DNA of 63,221 nucleotides from an uncultured Mycoplasmatota bacterium (GCA_946554325.1 CAMNSB010000001.1:1-63221); one strand, 5' to 3'. Positions 36,471 to 47,403 are shown, counted from the first letter of the stretch. Notes: generated by a model not told the origin, from the sequence alone. A program made the numbers and translations.

Positions 36471-37262
36471 ATGATAGATATTCAGTATGCAAGGTGCGCA
36501 TTTAAAAAATTTTTAAGTCAGTATAAAATTGGGGAGTTAGGTTTTAATTTAAAGGTGTCGCACACTTATCACGTAGTCGAAAATGCGAAAATTTTAGCAG
36601 ATAAACTAGGTGTTTCTAGTGAAGATAAAGCCTTGGCAGAGTTAATTGCCTTACTACACGATATTGGTAGATTTGAAGAGATTACTTTTTTAAAGCAATT
36701 CGATGGCGTTAAATTTGACCATGCTTCCTATGGTGTTAAAATGCTATTTGAAGACAACTTGATAAGAGAGTTTATAGAAGATAATTGTTATGATGAAATA
36801 ATCAAAATAGCAATTAATAATCATAGTAGATTAAAAATGGAAGAGGGGTTAGATGAGAGAAGTCTACTACATACTAAAATCATTAGAGATGCAGATAAAC
36901 TAGACAATTTTAGAGTAAAGAAGGAAGAGCGGATAGAAGCAATTTTCCCAGGCAAAGTAAAAAACGCATCAGATATGGAAAACTCATTATTATCTCCCTT
37001 GGTCTATGATAGTGTTATGAATGAAAAGTGTGTAAATATACGGGACAGAAAAACGAACCTTGATTATTGGGTTTGTGTGTTGGCTTTTGTGTTTGACTTA
37101 AACTTTAAAGCATCTTATGAAATTGTAAAAGAAAATGATGATATGAATGGTTTAATTAATCGCTTTTTCTACCAAGACTTAAAGACAAAAGAACAAATGG
37201 AACAGATACGTATTAGATTAAATACTTATATTGATAAGAGGATTCGTAGTAATTTACAGTGA
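36471..37262 (+). CDS. HD-domain protein
   Basis: H...LHDIGRFE...D motifs. Confidence 0.8.
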   Translation: MIDIQYARCAFKKFLSQYKIGELGFNLKVSHTYHVVENAKILADKLGVSSEDKALAELIALLHDIGRFEEITFLKQFDGVKFDHASYGVKMLFEDNLIREFIEDNCYDEIIKIAINNHSRLKMEEGLDERSLLHTKIIRDADKLDNFRVKKEERIEAIFPGKVKNASDMENSLLSPLVYDSVMNEKCVNIRDRKTNLDYWVCVLAFVFDLNFKASYEIVKENDDMNGLINRFFYQDLKTKEQMEQIRIRLNTYIDKRIRSNLQ

Positions 37263-37328
37263 GTAGCAAAATAAAATAGTTACTTTTTTCCTTCTATGTT
37301 ATAATATAGGATATAGGAGTACTGTAGT

Positions 37329-37967
37329 ATGAAAGAGAAGTATAAAAGTTATTTAGAAAAAGACCATTCATTTGATAAGACGATGATGCTTGGTATTTTT
37401 TGTCTTATCATAGTTGTTACTGGAATGTTTGGTTTTTTATATGAATTTATATTCTATTATTTTAATGGGGGAATGCAAGGGTTTTATTGGCGTGGAGGTA
37501 ATTTCTTACCTTGGATTAATATTTATGCAACAGGTTCTATTATGATATATTTCCTAACTTATAAATATAGAAAGAATGTTTTAAAAGTATTTTTGATTAG
37601 TGCACTTGCTTGTGGTATCTTAGAATATATTTCGGGTCTTGGAATGTATATTATTGGTAACGGTATGCGATGTTGGGATTATAATCGTGAAATTTTAAGT
37701 TTCGGAAGTATTCATGGATTTGTATGTCTTAGAAGTGTACTTGTTTTTGGAAGCTTCAGTTTGTTATTTATTTATGGTGTAGTTCCACTTTGTTTTTATC
37801 TTGCTAAAAGAGTGAATAGAAAAGTATTCTTAACTGTTAGTTTTACTTTGTGTTCTATTATCTTAATTGATGAGTTTTATAATTTACTCTTTGCACGCAT
37901 CTTTCGCCTACCAAGAGCGTCCAAAATTTATAAAAGTCTAGGTGTCCGTTACGTTACTTTTAAATAA
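37329..37967 (+). CDS. Multi-pass membrane protein, CmpB-like family (paralogue of 20918..21418)
   Basis: FGFLYEFIFYYF...WINIYATGS pattern. Confidence 0.55.
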   Translation: MKEKYKSYLEKDHSFDKTMMLGIFCLIIVVTGMFGFLYEFIFYYFNGGMQGFYWRGGNFLPWINIYATGSIMIYFLTYKYRKNVLKVFLISALACGILEYISGLGMYIIGNGMRCWDYNREILSFGSIHGFVCLRSVLVFGSFSLLFIYGVVPLCFYLAKRVNRKVFLTVSFTLCSIILIDEFYNLLFARIFRLPRASKIYKSLGVRYVTFK

Positions 37968-38064
37968 AGATATTTGTTCATTACAGAAATGTAATCTTTC
38001 GTAAGGTTCCAATAAGGAACTTTTTTTCTTTTTCTATTAGAATAAAGTTAGAAAGGAGAGAAAA

Positions 38065-38400
38065 ATGAAAGGTAAATTATTTGTGGTAGTAGGAACGATT
38101 TGTTTTATCATCTGCTGTTTTATTGGACTTTATCGCCTAGAAAATTGTAATGCAATTTACTATACTAAAATAGATAACAAAAAGATAAAAGAATTATCAG
38201 AGGCAGATGATATGAAGTTTGAATACAACTTGCCTTGCTACAACAAAAGTGGAAGAAGAAAAAGGCTAAAATTTAAAACGAAAAGGGAACTAAGAGAAGG
38301 AGCTTATCTTTTACTTGAAGTAAGACCACTCGGTGTATATAGTTGGAAAGAAGTAGGAGAAGGAGAGTTACCGCAAAAAGTAAAAAGAAAGTTAAAGTAA
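38065..38400 (+). CDS. YxeA-family (DUF1093) small secreted protein
   Basis: TM/signal sequence, then YYTKI...Y.L...GAYLLLEV...GVYSWKEV. Confidence 0.65.
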   Translation: MKGKLFVVVGTICFIICCFIGLYRLENCNAIYYTKIDNKKIKELSEADDMKFEYNLPCYNKSGRRKRLKFKTKRELREGAYLLLEVRPLGVYSWKEVGEGELPQKVKRKLK

Positions 38401-38487
38401 AAATTCAGTTTTTATGTTATAAAAATCACGATTAATGCACATAGTTATACAATTATTACGGCACATATAATTTAGGAAGGTGACAAT

Positions 38488-38859
38488 GTGAAAATAGACA
38501 ATTTTTATTTTGTTGTAGAAGATATAGAAAAATCTATACAATTTTATTCAAAATTATTAGATCAAATGCCAACGAATATTACAGAAGATAGATGGGCAGA
38601 TTGGGAGAACAAAAATAATCAAATTTATTTTGGAATTATTTCTAGAAAAGCATCCGAAAGTGACTTAATTAAGGGGACGAATGGAGTTTTAGGTTTATAT
38701 ACTGATAATATTAAAGAAGCATATGAAAAATGTTTAAACTTAAATGCTAAAATACTTTATGAACCTGAAAAACTATCTAATTCACTAGATAATTATATAT
38801 GTTTTGCTATAGAAGATTTAGATGGTAATAAAATAGAAATATCGTATTATGACAAGTAA
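38488..38859 (+). CDS. VOC/glyoxalase-family protein
   Basis: Size and the ...FVVEDIEKSIQFYSKLL...DLDGNKIE pattern. Confidence 0.7.
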   Translation: MKIDNFYFVVEDIEKSIQFYSKLLDQMPTNITEDRWADWENKNNQIYFGIISRKASESDLIKGTNGVLGLYTDNIKEAYEKCLNLNAKILYEPEKLSNSLDNYICFAIEDLDGNKIEISYYDK

Positions 38860-38945
38860 TACGGCTTTCTTTTTCTAACTCTAGGCTTATTTCCTGTTAA
38901 AAATAGCCTTACTATTATATGATGGTAATGGAAAGGAGAGATAGG

Positions 38946-39659
38946 ATGAATCAAGTACGTATTGGAAAGTTTATAGCAGAATGTAGGAAACAAAAAGGAC
39001 TGACACAGGCAGATTTGGGAGGAAAATTAGGGGTTACGGAGAAATCTGTTAGCAATTGGGAGAATGGAAGAAATATGCCAGACTTATCACTATTTAAGCC
39101 TTTATGTGATGAACTAGATATTACTATCAATGATTTAATGAGTGGAGAGAAGATAACACAAGAAAACTACCAAGAAAGGTTAGAAGAAAATATTGTAAAC
39201 ACCATTAATTATTCTACAAAGAATCTAGCGAAATATAGCAAATTGATGAATCTACTTCTAATGATATTCGGCCTTTTTATCTCTTTATCGGCAGTGATGA
39301 TTTTTCCTAGTGAAAGTAGTTGGGGCTCTATTTATTCTGTCTTTGGAATTCTCATTTTTATAGTAGCTGTTTTTCGGAATATCAATGTAGGAAAATGGTA
39401 CCAACGGTTCCTCTTAAGTTTTGCTATATTCACAAGTGCAATGGGAGTTTTATTGTTCACAGATTATATTCATGTGAAAAGGAATGAAGAAGCGCCAATG
39501 TTTCGACTAAAAACAACAATAACTGGTAATGTTATTTATTATGATACTCTGTTTTATGATGTATATCGGTGTAACTTTGATGAAAAAAACGAATATTGGG
39601 TGATTTCTAAAAATAAAAAACCTACGATTTCTGAATTAATTGATTACTGTAAAGAATAA
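38946..39659 (+). CDS. XRE-family HTH regulator with C-terminal membrane segments
   Basis: IGKFIAECRKQKGLTQADLGGKLGVTEKSVSNWENGRNMPD, followed by three TM helices. Confidence 0.8.
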   Translation: MNQVRIGKFIAECRKQKGLTQADLGGKLGVTEKSVSNWENGRNMPDLSLFKPLCDELDITINDLMSGEKITQENYQERLEENIVNTINYSTKNLAKYSKLMNLLLMIFGLFISLSAVMIFPSESSWGSIYSVFGILIFIVAVFRNINVGKWYQRFLLSFAIFTSAMGVLLFTDYIHVKRNEEAPMFRLKTTITGNVIYYDTLFYDVYRCNFDEKNEYWVISKNKKPTISELIDYCKE

Positions 39660-39885
39660 AAATGATACTAGGTAAAAATGTTACTAATATTCTAAAAGTC
39701 ATTGATGAATATACTAAAAATAATAACCATTATGGAGATAGAATATTTATGTTTCTCAGTGAAGAAACTAAAATCCTAAAGTATAGAAGATTTGCTTTTT
39801 TAATGATGTAATATATAGTGTAAACAGAACAAAAAAATGATAATTTAAAAATGGATGTAAATAAAACAGCTTTTTTGTTGAACTT

Positions 39886-40452
39886 TTAGTTTTGAGCAAT
39901 TCCTAGTATTTTATTTGATAAATCATAAATCAGATTAGTAATATGATTAGCATCTAATGTTCCATTTTCGTAAAGCCATTTTTTAATAATATCAATAGTT
40001 CCAGCAATAATATAAGAAAATATGTATTCATAGTTTTCTTTAAGATCTATATTTGTTTGTTCAATTTTATTTTTTAAAAAATCAATAGTTTTTTTCATAA
40101 GTTTTTCATAAAATTCGTTATCGGCACTATTTATTAGTAATAAATAGTAAATATCCTTATTTTTTTGGATGTTGCAGAGTTGTTTATATAGCGTATTTTT
40201 AATTTGATTTTCACAAATATTTTCAATCTCACTAATACATTGTTCACTATCTTTTAAAACATCATATTCTATATCTGCAAGAACATCATAAATATTTTCA
40301 TAATATTTATAAAATGTTGTTCTATTAAGCTCTGCTTTATCACAGAGTTCTTTTACTTTGATATTATATATTGCTTTTTCTTTTAAAATCTCAATTAATG
40401 AATCCTTAAAAATTCTTTTGGTTAGTTTTACTCTTTGATTTTCTTTTTTCAT
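39886..40452 (-). CDS. TetR/AcrR-family regulator
   Basis: N-terminal HTH KVKELCDKAELNRTTFYKYY. Divergent from the MMPL transporter gene. Confidence 0.8.
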   Translation of the reverse strand: MKKENQRVKLTKRIFKDSLIEILKEKAIYNIKVKELCDKAELNRTTFYKYYENIYDVLADIEYDVLKDSEQCISEIENICENQIKNTLYKQLCNIQKNKDIYYLLLINSADNEFYEKLMKKTIDFLKNKIEQTNIDLKENYEYIFSYIIAGTIDIIKKWLYENGTLDANHITNLIYDLSNKILGIAQN

Positions 40453-40625
40453 GATTTCCTCCTAAAAAATTACAATTTTATAGTTTTTGTTTCAAAGTAA
40501 ACAAATAATATAACTTTGTTGATTTTAAATCTTTTTTGCAAAAACTGTGTGTTGTAATATCAACATTGTGTTGCTATAATTATATAGGCTTTTTTTTTCA
40601 AAAGTCAAAGAAAAAGGTGATTTTA

Positions 40626-42800
40626 ATGGGTTTTATTTCAGATATTGTCGTAAAATATAAAAAATGGATAGTATCTTTATTTGTCATTATCTTAATAGTT
40701 TTTGGCTATCTAGCATTACAATTAAATATAAATTATGACATGACTGATTATTTACCTGAAGATGCTAATTCAACAAAAGCAATCGAAATTATGAGTAAAG
40801 AATTTGGTGGGTCTTTGACGAATGCTTATGTATTAGTAAAAGATGTTGATGTTGATGAAGCAATAAAGTATAAGGAAAAAATTAAAAATGTAGAAGGTGT
40901 AGAAATTGTTTCATGGATTGACGACAGTTTAGATGTTAATATGCTAAAAGCAATTACAACTGGAGATTTTAGTAAATTACAAACAGGTAATTCTTTTTCC
41001 ATAAATCAGGAAAATACATTAACAGAAGAATCTTTGGATAATGCTAAAGAAACAATTGAACAATATTATAAAGATGAAAATGCTTTATTTTATGTTACCA
41101 TTAAGGATGGTAATGAAAGAAAAGCAGTTGATAAAATCTACGATATTGTCGGAGATAAAGGTGGAATTACTGGAACAGCAGTCGATCAAGCATCTAGTCA
41201 AAGTATGGCATTAAATGAAACAATAAAATCTATTTGTGTATTAGGACCATTAGTTATAATCGTTTTATTACTTGCTACAACTAGTTGGATAGAACCATTT
41301 ATCTTCTTAATTACAATCGGAATGGCAATTATAATCAATTTAGGTTTGTGTATTTTTAATGGTGAAATATCTTATGTAACACTTGCAGTAGGACCAATAC
41401 TTCAACTTTCAGTATCTATTGATTATGCCGTATTCTTGTGTCATTCGTTTGAAAAAAATAGAAAAGATGGGTTAAGTCCTGATGCTTCAATGAAAAAAGC
41501 TATGAAAGAATCTTTCAAATCTATATCAGCAAGTGCTTTAACTACTTTATTTGGTTTTGCAGCACTATTATTTATGAAATTTAAACTTGGTTTAGATATG
41601 GGAGTTCCTTTAGTAGTAGGAGTAATATTGAGTTTTGTTTGTGTAATGTTATTTTTACCAGCATTCTTATTACTTACACATAAATGGGTAGAAAAAACAA
41701 AACATAAAAGTTTTATACCAGACTTTAAAAGACTTGGTGGATGGTTGATTAAACCTAGATGGCTAGTAATAATTGCTGCAATTCTTTTAGTAATACCTGC
41801 TTATAATGCTCAAAAAGATAATAATTTCACTTATGGTACAGGAGAACCATCTAGTGAATCAAGAATTGCTAAAGATACAAAAACTCAAAATGATATTTTT
41901 GGAAAACAAAATATGATAGTTATAATGCTACCTAAAGATAATGTTAATGATGAAGATAAATTAACAAAAGAACTTTTAGAAAATAAACATATTTCTAAAA
42001 TTGTTAGTTATACAACTACCATAGGAAAAGATGTTCCTACAAGTTCTTTACCAAAGGAAACAGTAGAACAATTTTATGGAGATAATTATACAAGAGTTGT
42101 TCTATATACTGATTTAGATACAGAAGGAAAAGAAGCATTTAGTGCTTTAGAAGAAATTCAAAAAACTGTTACAAAATATTTTGATGATGATTGGTATATG
42201 TGTGGGGCTACTCCAAATATGTATGACATGAAAGTAACTGTAACAGAAGATCAAAAACTTGTTGATTTAATTACGATTATTGCGATTTTCTTTATCCTTT
42301 TAATTGAATTTAAGTCAATTATTATCCCACTTATTTTAATAGCAGTTATTAAATTTGCTTTCTGGGTAACATTATCAATACCTTATTTAATGAATAATCC
42401 AATTTGTTATATAGGATATATTGTAGTATCAGCAGTTATGATGGGAGCAACCATAGATTATGCAATTTTATTTACTGATAACTACTTAAAAAATAGAAAG
42501 ACTATGACTAAACTAGATGCTATGAAAGAAACACTTAACAAAAATATAAAATCAGTTTTAGTATCAGCACTTATTTTATCATTAGCAGGATTTAGTTTAG
42601 CATTTATTTCAACTGAAAATGTAGTTCAAGTTTTAGGAAGTCTTTTAGGAGAAGGGGCAGTTATTGCATTTATTTTATCACTCCTACTCTTATCAGCACT
42701 TTTAATTATGTTTGATAAGTTAATTCCAATATTATCTTTAGGATTAAAATTTCATAGGGGTAAAACTTCTAGCAGAAAAACTAGGAATCTCATTTTATGA
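40626..42800 (+). CDS. MMPL/RND-superfamily membrane transporter
   Basis: Two 6-TM bundles, each preceded by a large extracytoplasmic loop. The ATG at 40626 follows an AAAGGTG RBS. Confidence 0.8.
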   Translation: MGFISDIVVKYKKWIVSLFVIILIVFGYLALQLNINYDMTDYLPEDANSTKAIEIMSKEFGGSLTNAYVLVKDVDVDEAIKYKEKIKNVEGVEIVSWIDDSLDVNMLKAITTGDFSKLQTGNSFSINQENTLTEESLDNAKETIEQYYKDENALFYVTIKDGNERKAVDKIYDIVGDKGGITGTAVDQASSQSMALNETIKSICVLGPLVIIVLLLATTSWIEPFIFLITIGMAIIINLGLCIFNGEISYVTLAVGPILQLSVSIDYAVFLCHSFEKNRKDGLSPDASMKKAMKESFKSISASALTTLFGFAALLFMKFKLGLDMGVPLVVGVILSFVCVMLFLPAFLLLTHKWVEKTKHKSFIPDFKRLGGWLIKPRWLVIIAAILLVIPAYNAQKDNNFTYGTGEPSSESRIAKDTKTQNDIFGKQNMIVIMLPKDNVNDEDKLTKELLENKHISKIVSYTTTIGKDVPTSSLPKETVEQFYGDNYTRVVLYTDLDTEGKEAFSALEEIQKTVTKYFDDDWYMCGATPNMYDMKVTVTEDQKLVDLITIIAIFFILLIEFKSIIIPLILIAVIKFAFWVTLSIPYLMNNPICYIGYIVVSAVMMGATIDYAILFTDNYLKNRKTMTKLDAMKETLNKNIKSVLVSALILSLAGFSLAFISTENVVQVLGSLLGEGAVIAFILSLLLLSALLIMFDKLIPILSLGLKFHRGKTSSRKTRNLIL

Positions 42801-43315
42801 TGAAGAAATAATTGATGAAGTTATTAAAAAGAGTGGTCTTTCTAAAGAAATTATAAAATGTTTAGATGAAAAGAAACAAAATGATTATTTGTATAAAGCT
42901 CTATATGAAGGCAAGGATAAATCAATTTATGGCAAGTCATTAAATGAGGCTGTTTATGAATTAGAAAAAGAAACAATAATTGAACTATCTGGTAGAGGAG
43001 ATTCAATTATTATTGGTAGATGTGCTGGAGATGTTTTAAGAGAGTTTACGGATTCTAAAGTTATTAAAGTATTTATTTTAGCACCATTAGAATATAGAGT
43101 AAAAAGAAAATTAGAATTAAATGATAATGATAGAAAGAAAACATCTGTTATTGTTGAAAAAATGGATGCAAATAGAAAAAATATTATGAACACTTTACTA
43201 AAAAAATTGTAGCGATCCTTCAAACTATGATATAACATTAAATACAGAAAATCTAGGATTAGAAAAAGTTGTTGACATACTTGTTTCATCTTTCATTAAT
43301 AATAAGAATAAATAA
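42748..43315 (+). pseudogene. Cytidylate-kinase-like (AAA) family gene, 5'-truncated and frameshifted
   Basis: ...FIGVKLLAEKLGISFYDEEII... starts without a P-loop and overlaps the end of the MMPL gene. The frame shifts at the A7 run (43200-43206) and continues ...DPSNYDITLNTENLGLEKVVDILVSSF. Confidence 0.55.
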
Positions 43316-43454
43316 TTTCAAATTAAAAGAATAGATCTAATGATATATTCTTTTTCTATATAATTGATAAAGATAAAATTACAATTTACCAAGTAGATCA
43401 ATTTAAGATTTACTCTTTTTTTGATATAATTAAAGTGTTAATTGAGGTGATAAA

Positions 43455-44239
43455 ATGAATGATAATTTATATAATATGATTTTCAAAAGAAAGTCTTTTC
43501 ATTTGTTTAGAAACATAGGAAATGAACATATTACAGATGAAGAATTTAAAGATATTGAATATAAATTTAATACATTTATGCCACTAGTAGAGGATATTAA
43601 AATAAAAATGAAAATAGGGAAAGACTCTACTACTTGTAAAAGAGGACAAGAATACTCTATTTTGCTTTATTCAGAAAAGAAAGATAATTATTTACAAAAT
43701 ATAGGCTATATTGAGAACAGTTAGATTTATATTTAGTATCAAAAAATATTGGAACGCTTTGGTTTGGCATCGGTAAAGTAGAGGAAAAAAGACTAGATGG
43801 TCTTGATTTTATAATAATGATTGCAATAGCAAAAGTAGATTCAGAAACGAAGTTTAGAAAAGATATGTATAAAAGTAAAAGAAAATAATTATCAGAAATT
43901 TGGAGGGGAAAATATTATTTAGATATTGCGAGCATCGTAAGATTTGCTCCCAGTGCTTGTAATACACAACCGTGGATAGTGGATGCAAGAGAACATGAAC
44001 TTAAAGTCTATAGATACAAAAAGCCAGGAAAAAGAGGAATTATGCCAGTAGATAGGGTGAAATATTATAATCAAATAGATATTGGAATTTTCTTATGTTT
44101 TTTAGAACTATGCTTAAGGAAAAATAATATTAAGTTTGCAAGGACTTTATATGTAGAAGAAAATGTGGATAATGAAAAAATTTTAACTGCTGTTTATAAA
44201 ATTTCACAGTTTCAATTGGAAAGTGAGTGTAAAAAATGA
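43455..44239 (+). pseudogene. Nitroreductase-family gene broken into three pieces
   Basis: KRKSFHLFRN ... then, after a frameshift, LDLYLVSKNIGTLWFGIGK ... an in-frame TAA at 43886-43888 ... FAPSACNTQPWIV. Confidence 0.6.
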
Positions 44240-44682
44240 ATATAAAAGAGATGAAAGACAGAAATTCATTACTAATAGGGCAACTATTAGAAGTATGGGA
44301 AGATTCAGTCAAGGCAACACATAAATTTTTATCCAGTGAGGAAATTTTAGAGATCAAGAAATATGTACCACAAGCATTAAAAGAAATATCTCATTTAGTG
44401 ATTGTAGAGAATGAAGAGAATATACTGGTTGCGTTTATGGGAATAGAAGATACCAAATTAGAAATGCTATTTATTAAAAATAGTGAAAGAAAAAAAGGCT
44501 TAGGAAAGCGTCTGTTGAATTATGGAATAGAAAATTACAATGTGAATGAACTAACAGTAAATGAGAAAAATTTTAATGCCCGAGGTTTTTATGAACATAT
44601 GGGGTTTCAAACTTATAAAAGGACAGAATTAGATGAGCAAGGAAATCCTTATCCAATTTTATATATGAAATTAGAAAAATAA
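44236..44682 (+). CDS. GNAT-family N-acetyltransferase
   Basis: RKKGLGKRLLNYG acetyl-CoA-binding motif. Confidence 0.85.
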   Translation: MNIKEMKDRNSLLIGQLLEVWEDSVKATHKFLSSEEILEIKKYVPQALKEISHLVIVENEENILVAFMGIEDTKLEMLFIKNSERKKGLGKRLLNYGIENYNVNELTVNEKNFNARGFYEHMGFQTYKRTELDEQGNPYPILYMKLEK

Positions 44683-44708
44683 ATTACAAGCTTAGGAGTG
44701 TAGTGATA

Positions 44709-45032
44709 ATGAAAAAATATATGAGTGGAATCACATCTGGAATGATAGCAGGAGTGATAAATTGTTTATTCTTACTTTTTGCAAGTGACTTAGAAGTTAT
44801 CGTTTTTCTATCAACTTTTACGAACTGGGTCATCATTGGGGTGTTGATAAGTTCAGTAGATTTTAAATTCAATAGTATTCTAAAAGGAATAGTGGTATCA
44901 TTATTATTATCTGTCTCATCGTTTCTCTATACATTTTCTAGCAATATTTTAGGTGGAATCTTTATAACTACAACAACGATTATAATTGGAGCATTGATGG
45001 GATATATTGTGGATAAAGTAAATAATCAATAA
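44709..45032 (+). CDS. Small multi-pass membrane protein
   Basis: Four hydrophobic segments. AGGAGTG RBS. Confidence 0.5.
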   Translation: MKKYMSGITSGMIAGVINCLFLLFASDLEVIVFLSTFTNWVIIGVLISSVDFKFNSILKGIVVSLLLSVSSFLYTFSSNILGGIFITTTTIIIGALMGYIVDKVNNQ

Positions 45033-45130
45033 ATTCCAACTTGAAAGTGAGAAATGTAAGGTTGCGTATGATTTCTTTATAAAAATAGATTTAGATAAGT
45101 AATTCAAATTACAGGGTTAGGAGTGAGTTT

Positions 45131-45853
45131 ATGGGAATGTGGAATCCTTGGAGAGGATGTAGAAAATGTAGTGATGGATGCTTACATTGCTATATTCATA
45201 AAGGGGATGCAAAAAGAAATATCAATACAAATGAGATTATTAAAACAAAAGATTTTAAAAAACCAATAGAAAAATTAAAAAATGGTAAGTTTAAAATGAA
45301 ATCGGGGATGGTTTATTTATGTTTTTCTACTGACTTTTTAATAGAAGAAGCAGATGAGTGGAGAGAAGAGTGTTGGAAGATGATAAAGATGCGTCCAGAC
45401 TGTACTTTTCTATTTTTAACAAAGAGAATTGATCGATTTATGAAGTGTATTCCAAGTGACTGGGAGGATGGATACGATAATGTAGTAGTATGCTGTACGG
45501 TGGAAAACAGGAAGAATGCAGATTACAAATTATCCATTTTTAAAAGTTTACCCATCAAGCATAAATGTATCACGATTCAACCCTTATTAGAACCAATAGA
45601 TATAAGAAAATATCTTGATAAAATAGAACTTGTGGTGGTAGGTGGTGAATCTGACAGTAACGCTAGACCACTAGACTTTGATTGGGTACTTTCTCTTAGA
45701 AAACAATGTATTGAGGCGAATGTTAGTTTTGAGTTCAGACAATGTGGAACGCATTTTATAAAAGATGGAAAACAATATAGAATAAAAACGAAGGATTTTA
45801 TGAAACAAGCAAAATTATCTAATATTGACTATAAAAGAAGAGATAAAAAATAG
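45131..45853 (+). CDS. Phage Gp37/Gp68-family protein (DUF5131)
   Basis: N-terminal WNPWRGCRKCSDGCLHCYI signature. Confidence 0.75.
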   Translation: MGMWNPWRGCRKCSDGCLHCYIHKGDAKRNINTNEIIKTKDFKKPIEKLKNGKFKMKSGMVYLCFSTDFLIEEADEWREECWKMIKMRPDCTFLFLTKRIDRFMKCIPSDWEDGYDNVVVCCTVENRKNADYKLSIFKSLPIKHKCITIQPLLEPIDIRKYLDKIELVVVGGESDSNARPLDFDWVLSLRKQCIEANVSFEFRQCGTHFIKDGKQYRIKTKDFMKQAKLSNIDYKRRDKK

Positions 45854-45877
45854 GATATCAAGTGAGGAGAATTTGTT

Positions 45878-46093
45878 ATGAGTAAATATGAAAAGTTATG
45901 GAAATACTTAAAAGAAAAAGATCAAGATAGTTATGAGCTTTCTTTTGAAGAGGTCAAAAATATTTTAGGCTTTGAGATAGATCATTCTTTTTTAACTTAT
46001 AAAAAAGAAGCATGTGAGTATGGATATGAAGTAGGAAAAATATCGATGAAGGAAAAAATAGTAAATTTTCATAGGAGTGAAGGTGCCTTATGA
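45878..46093 (+). CDS. Small hypothetical protein
   Basis: RBS GAGGAG. The stop overlaps the mnmA start. Confidence 0.45.
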   Translation: MSKYEKLWKYLKEKDQDSYELSFEEVKNILGFEIDHSFLTYKKEACEYGYEVGKISMKEKIVNFHRSEGAL

Positions 46094-47196
46094 AAACAGT
46101 AGTTGTTGGAATGAGTGGTGGAGTGGATTCCTCTGTTGCCGCTTTATTACTAAAAGAGCAAGGATATCATGTCATTGGTCTATTTATGCGGAATTGGGAT
46201 TCCTTTGCAAATGGAGAAAGAGAAACTGCACCTGTTGGAAAAACGGGGATTTGTCCTCAAGAAGAAGATTATAACGATGCAAAAAAAGTTTGTGATCACT
46301 TAGAAATTGAACTGTACAGAAAAGATTTTATTGGGGAATATTACGAATATGTTTTTAAGTATTTTTTAGAAGAATTAGAAAAAGGGAGAACTCCTAATCC
46401 AGATATTATGTGCAATAAATATATAAAATTTGATATGTTTGCGAAGGAAGCTAGAAAATTGGGTGCCGATTATATTGCAACAGGGCATTATGCTAGACTA
46501 GAAGATGGAAAAATGCTGCGAGCAGTAGATAAAAATAAAGATCAAACTTATTTTTTATCACAAGTATCTAAGAAACAGTTAGAAAATGTTTTATTTCCAA
46601 TAGGAGGCATGTTAAAGACAGATGTTAGAAGATTGGCAGAAGAAAAGGGAATCATCACAGCATCAAAGAAAGATTCTACTGGTATTTGTTTTATAGGAGA
46701 GAGAAATTTAACGAACTTTTTAAAAAACTATCTACCGAATCAACCAGGTGATATTGTAAATATAGAAACAAGTGAAGTAGTAGGAAAACATATTGGTTTA
46801 ATGTATTATACAATTGGGCAAAGAAGAGGATTATATATTGGTGGTATGAAAAATAGAATGTTTGTGGTTGGGAAAAGTCTTGATAAAAATATCCTTTATA
46901 TATGTATAGGAGAGAATAATGAATACTTGGTGTCTGATTCTTGTATTCTAGAAGAGGTTAACTATTTGAAAGTGAAAAGAATAACAGAGGGTACTGCTAA
47001 ATTTCGATATCGCCAAAAAGATATTTTTGTTCAACTAGAATATTTAAAGAACAATGAAATACTTGTAAAGTATCCACAAGGAGTAAAAAGAGTGACTCCA
47101 GGGCAAGCTTGTGTTATATATGATCAAGATGAATTAGTTTGTGGTGGTATTATAAAAGAAGTACGAAAACAGAATAAAAAGTTATGGTATTTATAA
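46090..47196 (+). CDS. mnmA: tRNA 2-thiouridine(34) synthase MnmA
   Basis: PP-loop GMSGGVDSS and the ...ATGHYAR... and DQTYFL motifs. Confidence 0.93.
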   Translation: MKTVVVGMSGGVDSSVAALLLKEQGYHVIGLFMRNWDSFANGERETAPVGKTGICPQEEDYNDAKKVCDHLEIELYRKDFIGEYYEYVFKYFLEELEKGRTPNPDIMCNKYIKFDMFAKEARKLGADYIATGHYARLEDGKMLRAVDKNKDQTYFLSQVSKKQLENVLFPIGGMLKTDVRRLAEEKGIITASKKDSTGICFIGERNLTNFLKNYLPNQPGDIVNIETSEVVGKHIGLMYYTIGQRRGLYIGGMKNRMFVVGKSLDKNILYICIGENNEYLVSDSCILEEVNYLKVKRITEGTAKFRYRQKDIFVQLEYLKNNEILVKYPQGVKRVTPGQACVIYDQDELVCGGIIKEVRKQNKKLWYL

Positions 47197-47370
47197 TTTT
47201 TCTTTAGATTGTTACTACTGTAAAGTAATCGTAAAGAAATACCTGCTTATATTATTTGGTTTTATCTTTTTTCCCTTTATAAAATTATTGATTTATAAAG
47301 GAAAAAAACTATTCTTTATAAATTAGTAAGAGGGGATTACTTAATTCTTTTCTTTTTTTTTGTAAATATT

Positions 47371-47403
47371 TGTCGAACGAATAATTTGTCAGTTTTTGTC
47401 GAA
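47371..47403 (+). promoter_or_regulatory. Two consensus Spo0A boxes (TGTCGAA at 47371-47377 and 47397-47403) plus a TGTCAGT half-match, upstream of spoIIAA
   Basis: Exact 0A-box heptamers read directly. In B. subtilis the spoIIA promoter is Spo0A-activated. Confidence 0.5.

Noticed and set aside
8587-43888. In-frame TAG (8587) and TAA (35274, 43886) as evidence for stop-codon recoding or an alternative genetic code
   Set aside because: TAA and TAG terminate the large majority of well-supported genes in this window, including rny, ffh and the suf genes. The affected genes sit among frameshifted neighbours, so pseudogenisation or sequencing error is the simpler explanation.
47276-47305. Perfect 10-bp inverted repeat CCTTTATAAA...TTTATAAAGG downstream of mnmA as a terminator
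   Set aside because: The T-run lies upstream and an A-run downstream, which is the orientation of a minus-strand terminator. No minus-strand gene reads into it. It was left unassigned.
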